Assembly: GCA_030017835.1 (NCBI GenBank)
Contig: JASEGU010000005.1
Location: 5,593-69,592 of the forward strand
DNA length: 64,000 nucleotides
Origin: Actinomycetota bacterium
Lineage (GTDB): Bacteria > Actinomycetota > Aquicultoria > UBA3085 > Oleimmundimicrobiaceae
Direction of reading: 5' to 3'
Shown: positions 62,817-64,000 of the stretch, in pieces
How positions within the stretch are numbered: position 1 is the first letter of the stretch
Layout of the letters: every line of letters begins with the position of its first letter
The notes under the pieces: generated by a model
Databases searched by the model: none
What the model saw: only the letters and a program-made list of their open reading frames with translations
What the model was told of the DNA's origin: nothing
Program-made: the position numbers and the translations under genes

Positions 62817-64000
62817 TTAAGCTACCTCACTTGGGGACGCTATCCTGCCCATGATGGCCGAAGCGGCCGCAACGGACGGATTGGAGAGATAGACCTCACT
62901 CTCGGGATGACCCATGCGCCCGACAAAATTACGGTTGGTGGTAGCGACGGCCCGCTCCCCTTTGGCCAGGATCCCCATATGCCCGCCGAGACACGGCCCG
63001 CAAGTCGGAGTGGAGACGGCCGCCTCGCTATCCAAAAAGATATCGAAGAGTCCCTCGGCCATCGCCTGGCGGTAGATGGCCTGGGTGGCCGGGATGACGA
63101 TCAAGCGAACGTCTCTGTGGACCTTGTTGCCCTTCAAGACCTTGGCCGCTTCGGCCATATCCTCGATCCGGCCGTTGGTGCAAGAGCCGATAACGACCTG
63201 GTCTATTTTGACCTCTCCTACCTCACTTATGCCGCGGGTATTGGAGGGAAGATGCGGAAAGGCCACCTGGGGCTCGATGCTTGAAGCGTCGAATTTAAAG
63301 ACCTCTTCATACTCGGCGTCATCATCGCTCTCATAGACCTTGTAATCCCGCTCGGCCCGCTCTTTCACGTAACTTAAGGTGATATCGTCGGGGGCGATTA
63401 TGCCGTTCTTTCCGCCAGCCTCGATGGCCATATTGGCCATGGCAAAGCGGCCGTCCATCGAGAGGTTGCATATGGCGCTGCCGCTAAATTCCATCGCCTT
63501 ATAGAGGGCTCCATCGACACCTATCTTTCCTATTAGGTAGAGGATGAGATCCTTGCCCCCCACCCACTGGCCAAGCTCGCCGTCGAAGATGAACTTCATG
63601 GTTGGAGGAACCTTTAGCCAGACCTTGCCCGTAGCCATAGCGGCGGCAACGTCTGTGCTGCCAACTCCGGTCGAAAAGGCCCCAAGCGCCCCGTAGGTGC
63701 AGGTATGAGAGTCGGCCCCGATGATCGCGTCTCCCGGCAAGACCAGACCGAGCTCGGGCAAGAGAGCATGCTCAACGCCCATCCGGCCGATCTCAAAATA
63801 ATTGGTTATCTTCTGGGCTCTAGCGAAACCCCGCATGATTTTGGCCTGCTCGGCCGATTTGATGTCCTTGTTGGGGGTATAGTGGTCGGGAACCAGGGCT
63901 ACCTTATCCTTGTCGAATACCCGATCCACCCCGATCTTTTCAAACTCTTTTATGGCGATGGGCGCGGTCACATCGTTGCTTAGGACCAGATCCAGCGAGA
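62817..64000 (-). CDS. leuC: 3-isopropylmalate dehydratase large subunit (partial; 5' end beyond the window)
   Basis: Aconitase-family motifs [21 protein letters not shown] and PTCGPCLGG. The frame stays open upstream of the tracked Met (..[17 protein letters not shown]). Confidence 0.92.
   Translation of the reverse strand, partial: SLDLVLSNDVTAPIAIKEFEKIGVDRVFDKDKVALVPDHYTPNKDIKSAEQAKIMRGFARAQKITNYFEIGRMGVEHALLPELGLVLPGDAIIGADSHTCTYGALGAFSTGVGSTDVAAAMATGKVWLKVPPTMKFIFDGELGQWVGGKDLILYLIGKIGVDGALYKAMEFSGSAICNLSMDGRFAMANMAIEAGGKNGIIAPDDITLSYVKERAERDYKVYESDDDAEYEEVFKFDASSIEPQVAFPHLPSNTRGISEVGEVKIDQVVIGSCTNGRIEDMAEAAKVLKGNKVHRDVRLIVIPATQAIYRQAMAEGLFDIFLDSEAAVSTPTCGPCLGGHMGILAKGERAVATTNRNFVGRMGHPESEVYLSNPSVAAASAIMGRIASPSEVA

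Overview
This is a 64-kb window of about 50% GC, coded almost entirely on the minus strand. It is dominated by core housekeeping genes in a Bacillota/Actinomycetota-like order: aroE-pilB-pilB-pilT; alaS-ruvX-mltG-U32; relA-dtd-MBL-hisS-aspS; queH-queA-tgt-yajC-secDF; ruvCAB; tig-clpP-clpX; rph-rdgB; murI-queT; smpB-ssrA; and cimA-ilvE-leuBDC. RNA genes are six minus-strand tRNAs (Pro, His, Gly, Arg, Lys, Leu) and a tmRNA. I found no rRNA, CRISPR array, transposase or integrase. The most unusual feature is a single 1230-codon ORF that fuses a complete RecJ exonuclease, a HIRAN-like module and a RecQ-family helicase (22021-25713). The only clearly accessory stretch is about 52.8-57.8 kb. It holds a liv ABC-transporter operon with a deletion scar, an SOS-box-controlled small-ORF/dinB operon, and a lower-GC island. 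The island encodes two small exported proteins behind a 476-nt untranslated region, and one of those genes has a +1 frame break. Other notable items are tandem diverged pilB paralogues, a decayed chimeric pseudogene with two homopolymer frameshifts, a USP-USP-GpgS fusion overlapping a papain-like peptidase, probable non-canonical start codons (pilT ATA, dtd CTG), and a recurring near-leaderless promoter layout. All family assignments come from motif recognition by eye. No database search was run.
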